From: Armatimonadota bacterium | GTDB taxonomy: Bacteria > Armatimonadota > UBA5829 > DTJY01 | Assembly (NCBI GenBank): GCA_025358205.1 | Contig: JANYKG010000119.1 | Location: forward strand, 14,233 to 78,232 | Direction: 5' to 3' | DNA: 64,000 bases | In this document: in pieces, positions 46,435 through 56,476 of the stretch | Layout: every line of letters starts with the position of its first letter | Position numbering within the stretch: position 1 is the first letter of the stretch | The notes under the pieces: model-generated | Told to the model about the DNA's origin: nothing | What the model saw: only the letters and a program-made list of their open reading frames with translations | Databases searched by the model: none | Program-made: the position numbers and the translations under genes

Positions 46435-46959
46435 TCAGACCTTCCGGCTGTCATATGCCCAGTGGAGGAGCGCCTGGCGTTGCTTTCGTCGGCAGTTCAG
46501 GTCATAGGGCATGCAGTTGCCCTTAATCTGGGCGATGTGCCGGACCATCGCCTTCCACCTGCCTATCTGCCGCTCGTCATCAGGGCAGCGGCGGCCCATG
46601 TAGTAACGGCAGTACCACTGAAACCAACCACGCGGGTCCTCGTGGTATATCCAGCCCTTGGACTGCCAGTAGGTCAGCGGCGTGGATGCGTTGACCCCGA
46701 AGTAGTTCAGCTCAGGGTTGTGGAACTCGTGGCAGAGTCTGGCGTGCGCAAACCATCCCTCGGGAAATTCGCGACGGCAGTCGGTCATGTACTTACCGCC
46801 GAAGACGCCCAGTTCCAGCATCTCAGCCGGGGCTAGTTCCGGCTTGAAATCGGGGTGGAAGTTCTCTCCCACCGGCTCCACCAGCGAGTATGTGTACCCC
46901 GTCTGCATGATATCGTTGACGATGACCTGAATGTGTTTCATGTCGAACCCACTCCGCAA
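46435..46959 (-). CDS. conserved hypothetical protein (Cys/Trp-rich)
   Basis: 174 aa. WFQWYCRYYMGRRCPDDERQIGRWKAM. No family recognised. Convergent with mrr. Confidence 0.4.
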   Translation of the reverse strand: MRSGFDMKHIQVIVNDIMQTGYTYSLVEPVGENFHPDFKPELAPAEMLELGVFGGKYMTDCRREFPEGWFAHARLCHEFHNPELNYFGVNASTPLTYWQSKGWIYHEDPRGWFQWYCRYYMGRRCPDDERQIGRWKAMVRHIAQIKGNCMPYDLNCRRKQRQALLHWAYDSRKV

Positions 46960-46993
46960 CGACCAGATCGCTAGCCTCGTGTATCGTACTCGT

Positions 46994-47072
46994 TGATCCT
47001 ACTCGTACTCGGTCTCTTCGAACTAGAATCATTCATGAGTACGAGTACGATATGCGAGTCACGCCTATCAAC
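46994..47072. repeat. GAGTACGAGTA-family inverted repeat (ctactcgtactcgg ... atgagtacgagtacg)
   Basis: Seen directly. The 15-mer cgttgatcctactcg recurs inverted at 63662-63676. Confidence 0.7.
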
Positions 47073-47086
47073 TTCTGACTCAAGCC

Positions 47087-48340
47087 TCACTTCGCCGGAA
47101 GCAGGAACAGCCGGCCTTCACCCGCGTCCAGACCGATCTGCAGGCCGGGCATCTCCGGCGAGTCATCGCGGACGGGCTTCTGCTTGCCGTCAGCCGCGTC
47201 AACCTCAATCACCTTGGCATCCGGCGTGTCAAACTCCACCGTCGGCCATGACGTGTAGTTGGGATCGTAGTTGTTGAGCAGGACCGCGCGCCGACCGTCC
47301 TTGTGCTTGAACACGCCAATCAGGAAGTCGCCGTTTGTGATGCTCTTGATGGGCGAATCCGCAATCGCTTTTGCGGGATTCTCGCCAGATTTGACGCGAA
47401 TAACGCTCTCACTGGTAAGCGCCATAAGCGTCGGCCCCAGGTTCTTCAGCCCCGCGTTGATGCGCTTCGCCTGCTCGTAGTGCCGCGTCTTCAGCCCCTC
47501 CGCGGTGATGATCGCGCCGCCCTTGGGGAACTCGCCCCCGCCAGCCGCGCCCTTGCCGGGCGTCCAGTAGCAGAAGTACAACACGCCCTTCGCGCCGTAT
47601 GCCACCGATGTGTACACCTGCCAGCGAATCTGCGACTCGGTGGGATCGTAATGCGGGCCGAAGGGCATGGTGTTGAAGAAGTTCCAGAATGGCACGTTGC
47701 ACTCCACGGAGTACTTGCGCATCACGGCCAGGTTGTTGCAGTACCCCTCGCGCCCGTCCGCAGTCGGGGTCATCAGCGGGTAGTAGTCCATGGAGAGCAC
47801 GTCGAGGCTGGCTTCTTTGGCGTATCGTTCAATGTACTCATCGTAACTCTTTGTGCCCAACCACTGCAACGAAGCATAGTCCGGCAGCAGGTTGACGTAC
47901 GCCAGCTTGCCTGGGTGGGTCTTGTGCAGGGCGTCAACCCGATTCTTGATATCGGGGAGGCCAGCCGCGCCCGGTTCATCCACGAGATGGTATCCCCAGC
48001 AGGTGGGGTTCTTGGCGGTGTTGAAGGGCGCTTTGCCGTCTTTCCCCGGAGTCTCAGAATCCGGCTTGATGATGGCCACCAGCCCGTACTTCTTGCACAG
48101 TGCGAGCTGCTTCTTGATATCGGCCTCGGTCTGCGGGCCGAACGCGCCGTGAACCACGGTGAAGTTCGCGTCGGCGATCTCCTTGTAACGCGCGTCCGTG
48201 ATCTGATCAGCAGGCGGATCAACCCAGAAGCCAATGGCGAACCGGTCTTGCACAAATCTGTCCGACTTCACAGCGGACTGCGCAGTTCCGGCCATAACCA
48301 TCAGCGTCGCGGCGATCATCAGAAGCGTAACCATCTTCAT
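47087..48340 (-). CDS. secreted TIM-barrel glycoside-hydrolase-like protein, hypothetical
   Basis: Signal peptide. No definitive motif. Confidence 0.35.
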   Translation of the reverse strand: MKMVTLLMIAATLMVMAGTAQSAVKSDRFVQDRFAIGFWVDPPADQITDARYKEIADANFTVVHGAFGPQTEADIKKQLALCKKYGLVAIIKPDSETPGKDGKAPFNTAKNPTCWGYHLVDEPGAAGLPDIKNRVDALHKTHPGKLAYVNLLPDYASLQWLGTKSYDEYIERYAKEASLDVLSMDYYPLMTPTADGREGYCNNLAVMRKYSVECNVPFWNFFNTMPFGPHYDPTESQIRWQVYTSVAYGAKGVLYFCYWTPGKGAAGGGEFPKGGAIITAEGLKTRHYEQAKRINAGLKNLGPTLMALTSESVIRVKSGENPAKAIADSPIKSITNGDFLIGVFKHKDGRRAVLLNNYDPNYTSWPTVEFDTPDAKVIEVDAADGKQKPVRDDSPEMPGLQIGLDAGEGRLFLLPAK

Positions 48341-48372
48341 TGTCCCTCTCCTTCTCCTATCCGTGTTCCCAC

Positions 48373-48400
48373 ATCTGATATCTGAGATTTGAAATCATCT
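48373..48400. repeat. heptamer array (atctgatatctgagatttgaaatca) of the GAAATCY family
   Basis: Seen directly; intergenic upstream of the GH-like gene. Confidence 0.7.
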
Positions 48401-48436
48401 TCGGAAAGAGCGGACGGGGACGTCCGCGCTCCCATG

Positions 48437-51400
48437 TCACTCGACCCACACTACTTCTTTGCCCAGGAGCCGCTCAAGCTCTCCGAGACACCTGGTGGAC
48501 GGGTCTATGCGATGCTCAACCGAAACCCTTCTGGTCGACCCGTTCTGCGCGACGTGGAAGAAGACCGGGTTTTCGCCGGGATACGCGCCCAGCACTGTCT
48601 GTAAGTGTACAAGGTCCTTGCGTGGAAGCGAGCCGATCTTGATATTCACAGCTTTCGGTCCGCCGTTGCCGTTCCCATTTCCGTTGAATGCAGTGGCTAT
48701 CGGCAGGATGGAGTCGCAGATGATGCCTACCTCACCGCCCTCTTCATCGCCGTTCGCGCGCTCCCTGCGGTTTGCCTTACCGCGCACCAGCACGATGCTG
48801 TCCTCAATCAGGTGCTGGATGCACTCTTCATACAGCTTGGGAAAAATCGTGACATCAATGCTGCCCCTCAAATCTTCGATGGTAGCAAACGCCATAAGCT
48901 GGTTTTTCCTGGTCGTGATCTTCTTGACCCGAACCACCATCCCGGCGACAACCACATCTTCCTTCTCGGCTTTTTCCTTAAGTTGGTCGCTGGTCACATT
49001 TACGAGTTTTTCCAGCTTCTCCTGATACTGCATCAGCGGATGATCGGAGACGTAGATGCCGAGGAGATCCTTCTCCATGGCGAGCATTTCATCCGTGGAC
49101 AGCGCGGTCACCTGCGGAAGCACGGTAGGCTCCAGATACGACGGCTCGTCCTCCGCGATCATTGCGTCGAAGAGCGAACCCTGGCCGTTTCGCCTGTCGC
49201 GCTGGTCCCTGGCCGCCGATGTCACCGCGTCCTCCAGCACAAACAGAAGCTGCGCGCGGTTGTTATTTATGCCGTCGAATGCGCCGATCTTGATCAGGCA
49301 TTCAACGGCGCTCTGCGGTACGGTACTGCTGTTCACGCGGCGGCAGAACTCGTGCAGCGAGGTGAACGGCCCGTCCTCCTGCCTTATCTGCGCAATCGCC
49401 TCCACCACGCCGCGTCCAACGCCCTTCACAGCCGCCAGCCCAAACCGTACCGCGTTGTCCTCCACCTCAAAATCACACCCGCTGGCGTTGACATCGGGCG
49501 GCAAGACGTGTACGCCAAGCCGCTTGGTGTCATCCATGTACATGGCGAGGTTGTCCTTGTTGTCCATGTTCGCGGTAAGCAGAGCGGCGTAGTATTCCAC
49601 CGGGTAGGTGGACTTCATATAAGCGGTTCGGTAAGCCACAAACGCGTAGCACACGGCATGAGCCTTGTTGAACGCGTATCCGGCAAACGGCTCGATCTGA
49701 TCGTATATCTGATCGGCTATTTTCCGGTCAATACCCCTGTTCTTCGCACCCTCGACGAACTTGGTCCGCTGCTCGTCCATGACCTCTTTGCTCTTGCTGG
49801 ACATGGCCTTCCGCAGGACATCCGCCTGGCCCATGGTGAACCCCGCGATGACGTTGGCGATACGGAGAACGTGTTCCTGATAACAGATTACGCCGTAGGT
49901 CTCCGCTAGAACCGGCTCCAGATCGGGGTGTAGGTATGTGATGGGAGTAAGACCGAACTTTGACCTCACAAACGTTGGAATGAATGCCATTGGGCCTGGG
50001 CGGTACAGAGCCACGATAGCCGCGAGTTCCCTCACCGAGTTCGGCTTAAGGTCTACGACGTTCCGCCGCATCCCGGCGCTCTCAAGCTGGAACACACCGT
50101 TCGTATCGCCCCGCCCCAACATCTCGAAGGTCTTGGCATCGTCCAGCGGGATGTCCAGGATGTCTACATCTATCCCGTGGCTCTTCTTCACGTTTACGAC
50201 GGCATTGGCCAGAATCGTGAGGTTAGCCAGACCTAAAAAGTCCATCTTCAGCAGACCGACCTTCTGGATGTCTTTCTTGGCGAGCTGCGCGACTACCTCG
50301 CCCTTGCCGCCAAAGTGCAGCGGCACGTGGTCGGTCAGCGGGTCCTTGCAGATGAGCACGCCTGCCGCGTGTACGCCCACGCTGCGGTTAAGGCCCTCCA
50401 GCGATCTGGCTGTGTCTATCAGCCGCCTGATCTCCGCGCTGCCTTTGTAAGCAGCCTTCATCTCCGGATTTTCTTCAATCGCCTGGTCAATGGTCACGCC
50501 CACCGTTTGGGGGATCATGTTGGATATCCGGTTCACGTCCGACAGTTCCATGCCCAGCACGCGCCCGCAGTCCTTCACCGCCGCCCGCGCCTTCAGACTG
50601 CCGAATGTCGCTATCTGGCCGACGCGGTCCTTGCCGTACTTGTCAATGACGTACTGAATGAGATCGTCCCGGCGGTCGTCCTGGATGTCCAGGTCCACAT
50701 CAGGCATCTCGATGCGCTCCGGGTTCAGGAACCGTTCAAACGTAAGGCCGTACTCTATGGGGTCAACGTCCGTGATGCCCAGCGCATAGCACACAAGGCT
50801 GCCTGCCGCCGATCCGCGAACGCCGACGTGGATGCCCTGCTTTCGGGCGAAATCAGTGAAGTCGCGCACGATCAGCATGTAGGTCGCAAATCCACACTGG
50901 TTGATGATGCCGCATTCGTAGTCGAACTGCTTCTGATAGGACTCGGAGATGCTGCCGCCCATCTTCGCAAGCAGCCCGGCCTGCGCTTCACGCACCATGA
51001 AGTCGTCCGGCGTGAGTTCCACCGGTATGCCGGGGTCGGGCAGCATGGATCGCCCGAAATCGAACTTGATGTTGCACCGGTCGGCTATCTCCAGGGTGTG
51101 CGCAAGGGCCTCAGGGATATGGCCGAACAGACGCGCCATCTCCTCCTGGCTTTTCATGTAGAACTCTTGTGATCCGAACCGCATACGCTTCGGGTCGTCC
51201 AGCGCGGAGTTGGTCTGGATGCACAGGAGTACATCGTGCGGCTCAGAGTCGGCCTTGTTCGTGTAGTGGATGTCGTTTGTCGCGACGAGCTTCAGCCCGG
51301 TCTTCTCGGCGAGAGAAATCATCGCCTCGTTGGTCGGCTTCTGCTCCGGCAGGTAGTGTTCCTGAAGTTCGAGGTACAGGTTGTCCTTGCCGAAGATGTC

Positions 51401-51905
51401 TACGTACTCGCCCAGCGACCGCTCGGCCTGCGCACTGTTGTTCTGCAGGATGAAGTGAGGCACCTCGCCGCCGAGGCACGCCGTGAGCGCGATCAGCCCC
51501 TTGCTGTACTGGCTCAGCAGTTCCTTGTCCACGCGCGGCTTGTAGTAAAACCCCTCCTGCCACGCGGTGCTCACCAGTTTGATGAGGTTCTTGTAGCCGC
51601 TCTCGTCCTCCGCGAGCAGCACCAGGTGATACTGTTCCTTGTCCAGGCGGCCCTCTTTGTCATGCCGGGTTCGCGGGGCGACGTAGACCTCGCAGCCGAG
51701 GATCGGTTTGATGCCCTTCGACTTCGCCTCGCTGTAGAACGTGATGTTGCCGAACATGTTTCCGTGGTCGGTGATGGCCAGCGAGGGCATTTCCATCTCC
51801 ACTGCACGGCTGACGAGATCGGGTATCCGAGAGGCGCCGTCGAGCAGGCTGAACTCGGTGTGCGTGTGCAGATGTATAAAGCCTGGTGATGCCATTCCTA
51901 ACCTT
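48437..51905 (-). CDS. dnaE: DNA polymerase III alpha subunit
   Basis: PHP-domain start MASPGFIHLHTHTEFSLLDG and the polymerase core. The start was moved to ATG 51905 because the track start adds about 43 non-conserved residues. Confidence 0.93.
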
Positions 51906-52184
51906 GCCCCGGGTGGTAGACTTCCTATAGAAAACTTCACGAAAAAGAAGGGTCTTTCCTGCAGGCGATGCACCGTTTTGGAAAGTACGGCTGAACAATT
52001 TGAGGTGGTCAATCCAGCCTGCACTCATTGTACAGCTTCGGGTGGCAACTGTCTACGCTTCAGCCGGTAAAACATGGTGAATTTCGTATCACATTTTCGC
52101 TAGGGAATGGTTTGCCAGCCGATTTGCCGATAATATGGGGTATAGGCGTCAGGCATGTGATATAATGAATCCGAGGAGACCGGT

Positions 52185-53534
52185 ATGACTGTTGCTACCA
52201 GAGCGCTGATAATCTGTCTGATCGTGTTGTGCGCGTCCGCATTCGCGGCTGAGGCCGTCGCGCCTTCGGACGTGAAGGTGACGGCGGAGGGCTTTGCAGC
52301 GTGTCCATCGGGCGCGGACAAGTCATCGTGCCGACACGCCGCGCTGGCGGATGCACTGAGACGCGCGGTGGAGAACGCGGTCGGCGTGACGGTGGAAGGC
52401 CAGACCCGCATCAAGAACTTCATGTCAGCGGAGGACACGGTGCGCATGAGTTCGGAAGGTTTCGTCCGCGATTACGCGATTGTGGGTGAGGGACTTGCGG
52501 ACGGCATGTACCGCGTGAAGATTGATGCCGTCGTCGCGCCGGGTAAGCCCGCGGATTCGCTCAAGCGCGCGTGTACCAAGCTGCGTGACGGTCCCAACCC
52601 CAAGTTCGGCGTGGAGATCGAGGGCCTGGCTGGAACCAAGATATCGAACGAACTGGCGGCTCTCGGTCTGACTGTCACCACAAAGAAGCCTTCAATCATC
52701 ATCAAAGGGTCGGTCAGTACATCACCGGCAGGCGAGCGGTTTGGCGAGATGATCTTCTACGCATACGGCGGGTCTACTGAGTTCTCCGTGGTGGAGTCAA
52801 AATCCGGCATGGTCATCCCGTCGGTTGACGTTACTCTCGCACAGCCGATACCCGGTGACAGCAACGACGAGTCCAAGAGCGGCGCCGTGCGGGCGGTATG
52901 CTCCCAGTGGATCGAGCGCAACATACCAATCATCGCAAGCGCGCTGCTTGACCCCGGTGAGCCTGTGGATATCCCCGCCGATACTCACATATCCTCCGAG
53001 GCTATCGAGTTCACGAGCGATCCATCGGCCTCGAACCTGATTCCCTCGGTGGGCGAACGGCTCATCCTAAAGGCCGAGGATATCTCCGCACTGGCTGCCA
53101 AGCTGAAGACCGCGGTTGATGCTTCTCAGGAGTTCGGAACGAAGCCGGTGGACATAGCTGTTTCGCGGTTCAAGGGGATCGGCATATCCAACCCGGCCTC
53201 AGTGGAGGACGTGCTGGAGGATTTAGGCACCGCGCTGGTGAAAACCGGAGTGTTTCGACTTGTGGAACGAACGCAGCTTGACCAGGTGCTTCGCGAGTTG
53301 AAGATACAGAGTTCCGCGCTTGTGGACAGCGCGACTGCCAAGAAGCTCGGCAAGCTGGTCGGCGCGCGGGCGGTGCTGGTCGGCAGCATTTCCGACCGCA
53401 AGGACTGCGTGGTTATCAACGCCAGGCTGATCAACACCGAAACCGGGTTGGTGGGCATTGCGGAAAGCATTGTGATAGACAAAGAGACTGAGCCGAAACC
53501 GAGAATCCTTCGCGCCGGTCCAGGGGGACTCTAA
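52185..53534 (+). CDS. secreted two-domain protein: LPP20/FlgP-like N-terminal domain plus CsgG/LpoB-fold C-terminal domain
   Basis: Signal peptide. LRRAVENAVGVTVEGQTRIKNFMSAEDTVRM fits the LPP20 pattern. The C-terminal LVERTQLDQVLRELKIQSSALVD...GKLVGARAVLVGSIS fits the CsgG-family pattern. Confidence 0.5.
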   Translation: MTVATRALIICLIVLCASAFAAEAVAPSDVKVTAEGFAACPSGADKSSCRHAALADALRRAVENAVGVTVEGQTRIKNFMSAEDTVRMSSEGFVRDYAIVGEGLADGMYRVKIDAVVAPGKPADSLKRACTKLRDGPNPKFGVEIEGLAGTKISNELAALGLTVTTKKPSIIIKGSVSTSPAGERFGEMIFYAYGGSTEFSVVESKSGMVIPSVDVTLAQPIPGDSNDESKSGAVRAVCSQWIERNIPIIASALLDPGEPVDIPADTHISSEAIEFTSDPSASNLIPSVGERLILKAEDISALAAKLKTAVDASQEFGTKPVDIAVSRFKGIGISNPASVEDVLEDLGTALVKTGVFRLVERTQLDQVLRELKIQSSALVDSATAKKLGKLVGARAVLVGSISDRKDCVVINARLINTETGLVGIAESIVIDKETEPKPRILRAGPGGL

Positions 53535-53575
53535 TGTTGAATGTTGAATGTTGGACGTTGAGTGTTGGACGTTCC
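53534..53575. repeat. heptamer array [RYGTTGR]x6 (reverse complement TTCCAAC family)
   Basis: atgttgaatgttgaatgttggacgttgagtgttggacg. Confidence 0.85.
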
Positions 53576-54388
53576 GTCCGCCTGTGTCTGGCTGTTGCAC
53601 TGTTGCTTGTTTCTGCGACCACATCCTTCGCCGCCGACCCCCCGACCGTGGAGCGTGTAAGCGGCGGGTGGATCAACTGGGAGAAGCAGGTCATGAAGGC
53701 GGTGGGCCACGGCGTGCTGCCCGGCGATGCGGCAAACCAGGCGCAGGCAAAGCTGATGGCACGGCAGGCGGCAGTCGCCGATGCGTACAGGAACCTGGCA
53801 TCGGTCACCAAAGGCGTCCGCGTGACCGGTCAGACCAGCGTAAAGAACTTCATAACAGAATCGGACGACGTGCGTCTGAAGGTCGAGGGCTTCATCCGCG
53901 GGGCTGAAGTTATCAGCGAGAAGCAGCTTGAGGACGCATCGTTTGAGGTGATCCTGCAGGCTCCACTGACCGGCGAAGGTGGCCTGATCTCCGGCCTGAA
54001 GGATGAACTGCTGACATCAAGCCCGGTGTTCGCAGGCAGCAGCGGCGACCCATCGGGTCTGCTGATAGACGCGACTGGTCTGGGCGTTCTTCCCGCCATG
54101 AGCCCGAAGATCTACGACGAGGACGGCAAAGAGGTCTACGGCACGGTGTACTGCTCGCCGGACTTCGCGATCGAGGTCGGCATCGTCGGTTATCCCCGAA
54201 GAATGGAACAGGCGCTGAAGTCCGACCGGATTGGGAAGAGTCCGCTGACCGTGAAGGCGCTGAGGCGCGGCGCCAAGTTCGCGACCGACGTGGTGGTCAG
54301 CAACGCCGACGCCGCCCGCATCCGAGCCGCCGACGCCAAGTCCGGCTTCCTCTCCCGATGCTCCGTGGCTATTTTCCTGGGCAAGTAG
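53534..54388 (+). CDS. secreted LPP20-like protein
   Basis: ARQAAVADAYRNLASVTKGVRVTGQTSVKNF is a second LPP20-like pattern. The first 14 codons are encoded by a [ATGTTGR]n heptamer array, so the start is uncertain. Confidence 0.5.
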   Translation: MLNVECWTLSVGRSVRLCLAVALLLVSATTSFAADPPTVERVSGGWINWEKQVMKAVGHGVLPGDAANQAQAKLMARQAAVADAYRNLASVTKGVRVTGQTSVKNFITESDDVRLKVEGFIRGAEVISEKQLEDASFEVILQAPLTGEGGLISGLKDELLTSSPVFAGSSGDPSGLLIDATGLGVLPAMSPKIYDEDGKEVYGTVYCSPDFAIEVGIVGYPRRMEQALKSDRIGKSPLTVKALRRGAKFATDVVVSNADAARIRAADAKSGFLSRCSVAIFLGK

Positions 54389-54554
54389 ACCGACTGTAGC
54401 CGCACCCTTTACGGGTGCGTTTGGCCACACCGGACGCAGGCATGAAGCCTGCGACTACAAAGGTACGTACCCCGCTCCGCGTTTGGCCCATCCCGCCCAG
54501 CGGGTACAGGTGGGTATCCCCAGCGGGGTATCAAACAAACCAAGGAGACAACTT

Positions 54555-54920
54555 ATGCCAAGAGTAGTGCATTTCGAGATCAACGCAGACGACCCGGGGA
54601 GGGCGTCGGCGTTCTACAGCAACGTGTTCGGATGGAAGATTCAGAAATGGGACGGCCCGATGGAGTACTGGTTGGTGGACACAGGCGAGGGTGAAATGGG
54701 GATCAACGGCGGTCTCCTGAAGCGCTCGTGCCCCGAGGCCACGACCGTCAACACCGTGGACGTTCCCTCGTTCGATGAGTATGAGAAGAAGATCCTTGCG
54801 GTCGGCGGTACGGCGGTCATGCCGAAGACCGCCATTGTGGGTATGGGCTACATGGCGTACTTCAAGGATACCGAGGGCAACATCTTCGGGATCATGGAGA
54901 TGGACGAAAGCGCGAAGTGA
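54555..54920 (+). CDS. VOC (glyoxalase/bleomycin-resistance fold) family protein
   Basis: 121 aa. MPRVVHFEINADD...FGWK fits the VOC pattern. Perfect SD AAGGAG. Confidence 0.8.
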   Translation: MPRVVHFEINADDPGRASAFYSNVFGWKIQKWDGPMEYWLVDTGEGEMGINGGLLKRSCPEATTVNTVDVPSFDEYEKKILAVGGTAVMPKTAIVGMGYMAYFKDTEGNIFGIMEMDESAK

Positions 54921-55199
54921 TCGAACTCCGGTCTCGCGAATAGATATCCGATAACTTCATGAATAATAAGGGGCGCCGGTGGAGTACTACTCAATCTCCA
55001 TCGGCGCCCCTCAAAGCAGGTACACACAGCAACGGCCTTTGTGGAGGCACGCTTGCCGAGGCCCCGCAGGTACTAACCATTATGGCAGCGATTGTTTTCT
55101 GCATTAGGGTATCGCCGGAAAACAGGTATTCTGGCCTACATGTCGCATATCTCCATTAGAACCTATCCCCAAACATGAGCGAGAAACGGGTTTTCAGTT

Positions 55200-55493
55200 A
55201 TGACCAAGCGGATGCAACTATCAGTGTTTCTGGTAATTCCCGGCGTCGCGTGGGCGCTGGTGTGCGGATATTACGCGCTGAAGGACTGGTCGCACCTTCA
55301 GGCCGCCTATCACGCCTACCATACGCTGGCCGGCACGAACGCCGATCTCCGCGCTTTGTTCGTTGCATACTCGGCACAGGACATCCACAGGATCAACCTG
55401 TTCGCGGATGGGGTATGGGCGCTTCTCGGGCTGGTTCTGGCAGGAATCGGGCTTCATGGACTGTACCGTGCGGCAGACTCACGATTAGCATAA
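55200..55493 (+). CDS. small two-TM membrane protein, hypothetical
   Basis: 97 aa with two hydrophobic helices. Weak RBS. Confidence 0.25.
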   Translation: MTKRMQLSVFLVIPGVAWALVCGYYALKDWSHLQAAYHAYHTLAGTNADLRALFVAYSAQDIHRINLFADGVWALLGLVLAGIGLHGLYRAADSRLA

Positions 55494-55510
55494 AGATAGA
55501 GGAGAAGACA

Positions 55511-56440
55511 ATGGTCAAAGACGACATCATCTGGGCGAATCTGATTCATTTGAGCACGAATCTGTGGATTGACCGCGAACAGGAGCCGTGGGACTGCGAC
55601 AAGGTCGTGCAACCCTACCTGCGCTTCGACACTGAGGTCTGGAACGAGTCGGTCGCCAAGATGGTCGAGGCCGGGATGAACATGGTGGTCATAGATATCG
55701 GCGACGCTGTGCAGTACGAGAGCCACCCGGAGATCGCCATCGAGGGCGCATGGTCCCCCGCGCAGCTTAGAGCAGAGTTGGCGAAACTCAGGGAACTCGG
55801 GCTTGAGCCGATTCCGAAGCTGAACTTCTCCGCGTGCCACGATGCCTGGATGGGCAAGTACTCGCGGATGGTCTCGACGGACACATACTACGGAGTGTGC
55901 AAAGATCTGATCGCGGAGGCGATTGACCTCTTCAACAAGCCCAGGCTCTTCCACCTGGGCATGGATGAGGAGACCTACCCACACCAGCAGCACTTCGCAT
56001 ATGTAGTCTGCAGGCAGTTTGACCTGTGGTGGCACGACCTCTACTTCTTGTTCGAGCAGGTAGAGAGCGGCGGCTCGCGTCCGTGGGTCTGGTCCGACTA
56101 CGAGTGGCACTACCCGGAGATCTTCTTCGATAAGATGCCGAAGTCGGTGATGCAGAGCAATTGGTACTACGGCGAGTCCTTCGACCCAAGCCACACCTAC
56201 GTCAAGGCCTACCTCGACCTGGAGGAGCATGGGTACGACCAGATACCGACGGGTGCAAACTGGTCATGCGATACGAACTTCGGAGACACCGTGAAGTTTG
56301 CAAAGGAGAACATCGCGCCCGAACGGCTGAAGGGGTTCCTGCAGACGACGTGGCAGCCGACCACACCGCGCTGGCGCGAGACACATATGAGGGCGATAGA
56401 CCAGGTGGCGGCGGCGAAGAAGTGGTGGGAGAGCAGATAG
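55511..56440 (+). CDS. GH20-like catalytic-domain protein (beta-hexosaminidase-like TIM barrel)
   Basis: ATG 55511 with SD AGAGGAG. LFHLGMDEE resembles the GH20 H-x-GGDE catalytic block. Confidence 0.45.
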   Translation: MVKDDIIWANLIHLSTNLWIDREQEPWDCDKVVQPYLRFDTEVWNESVAKMVEAGMNMVVIDIGDAVQYESHPEIAIEGAWSPAQLRAELAKLRELGLEPIPKLNFSACHDAWMGKYSRMVSTDTYYGVCKDLIAEAIDLFNKPRLFHLGMDEETYPHQQHFAYVVCRQFDLWWHDLYFLFEQVESGGSRPWVWSDYEWHYPEIFFDKMPKSVMQSNWYYGESFDPSHTYVKAYLDLEEHGYDQIPTGANWSCDTNFGDTVKFAKENIAPERLKGFLQTTWQPTTPRWRETHMRAIDQVAAAKKWWESR

Positions 56441-56476
56441 GCCGCCGATGACCGCGGATGGGAAGGTGGAACAGAA

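Noticed and set aside
55175-55510. Track ORF 55175-56440 read from its first ATG (MSEKRVFSYDQ...)
   Set aside because: The N-terminal 112 residues are low-complexity and Arg-rich, in a different frame from the plausible small membrane ORF at 55200. The conserved GH20-like domain begins at ATG 55511, which has a strong SD.
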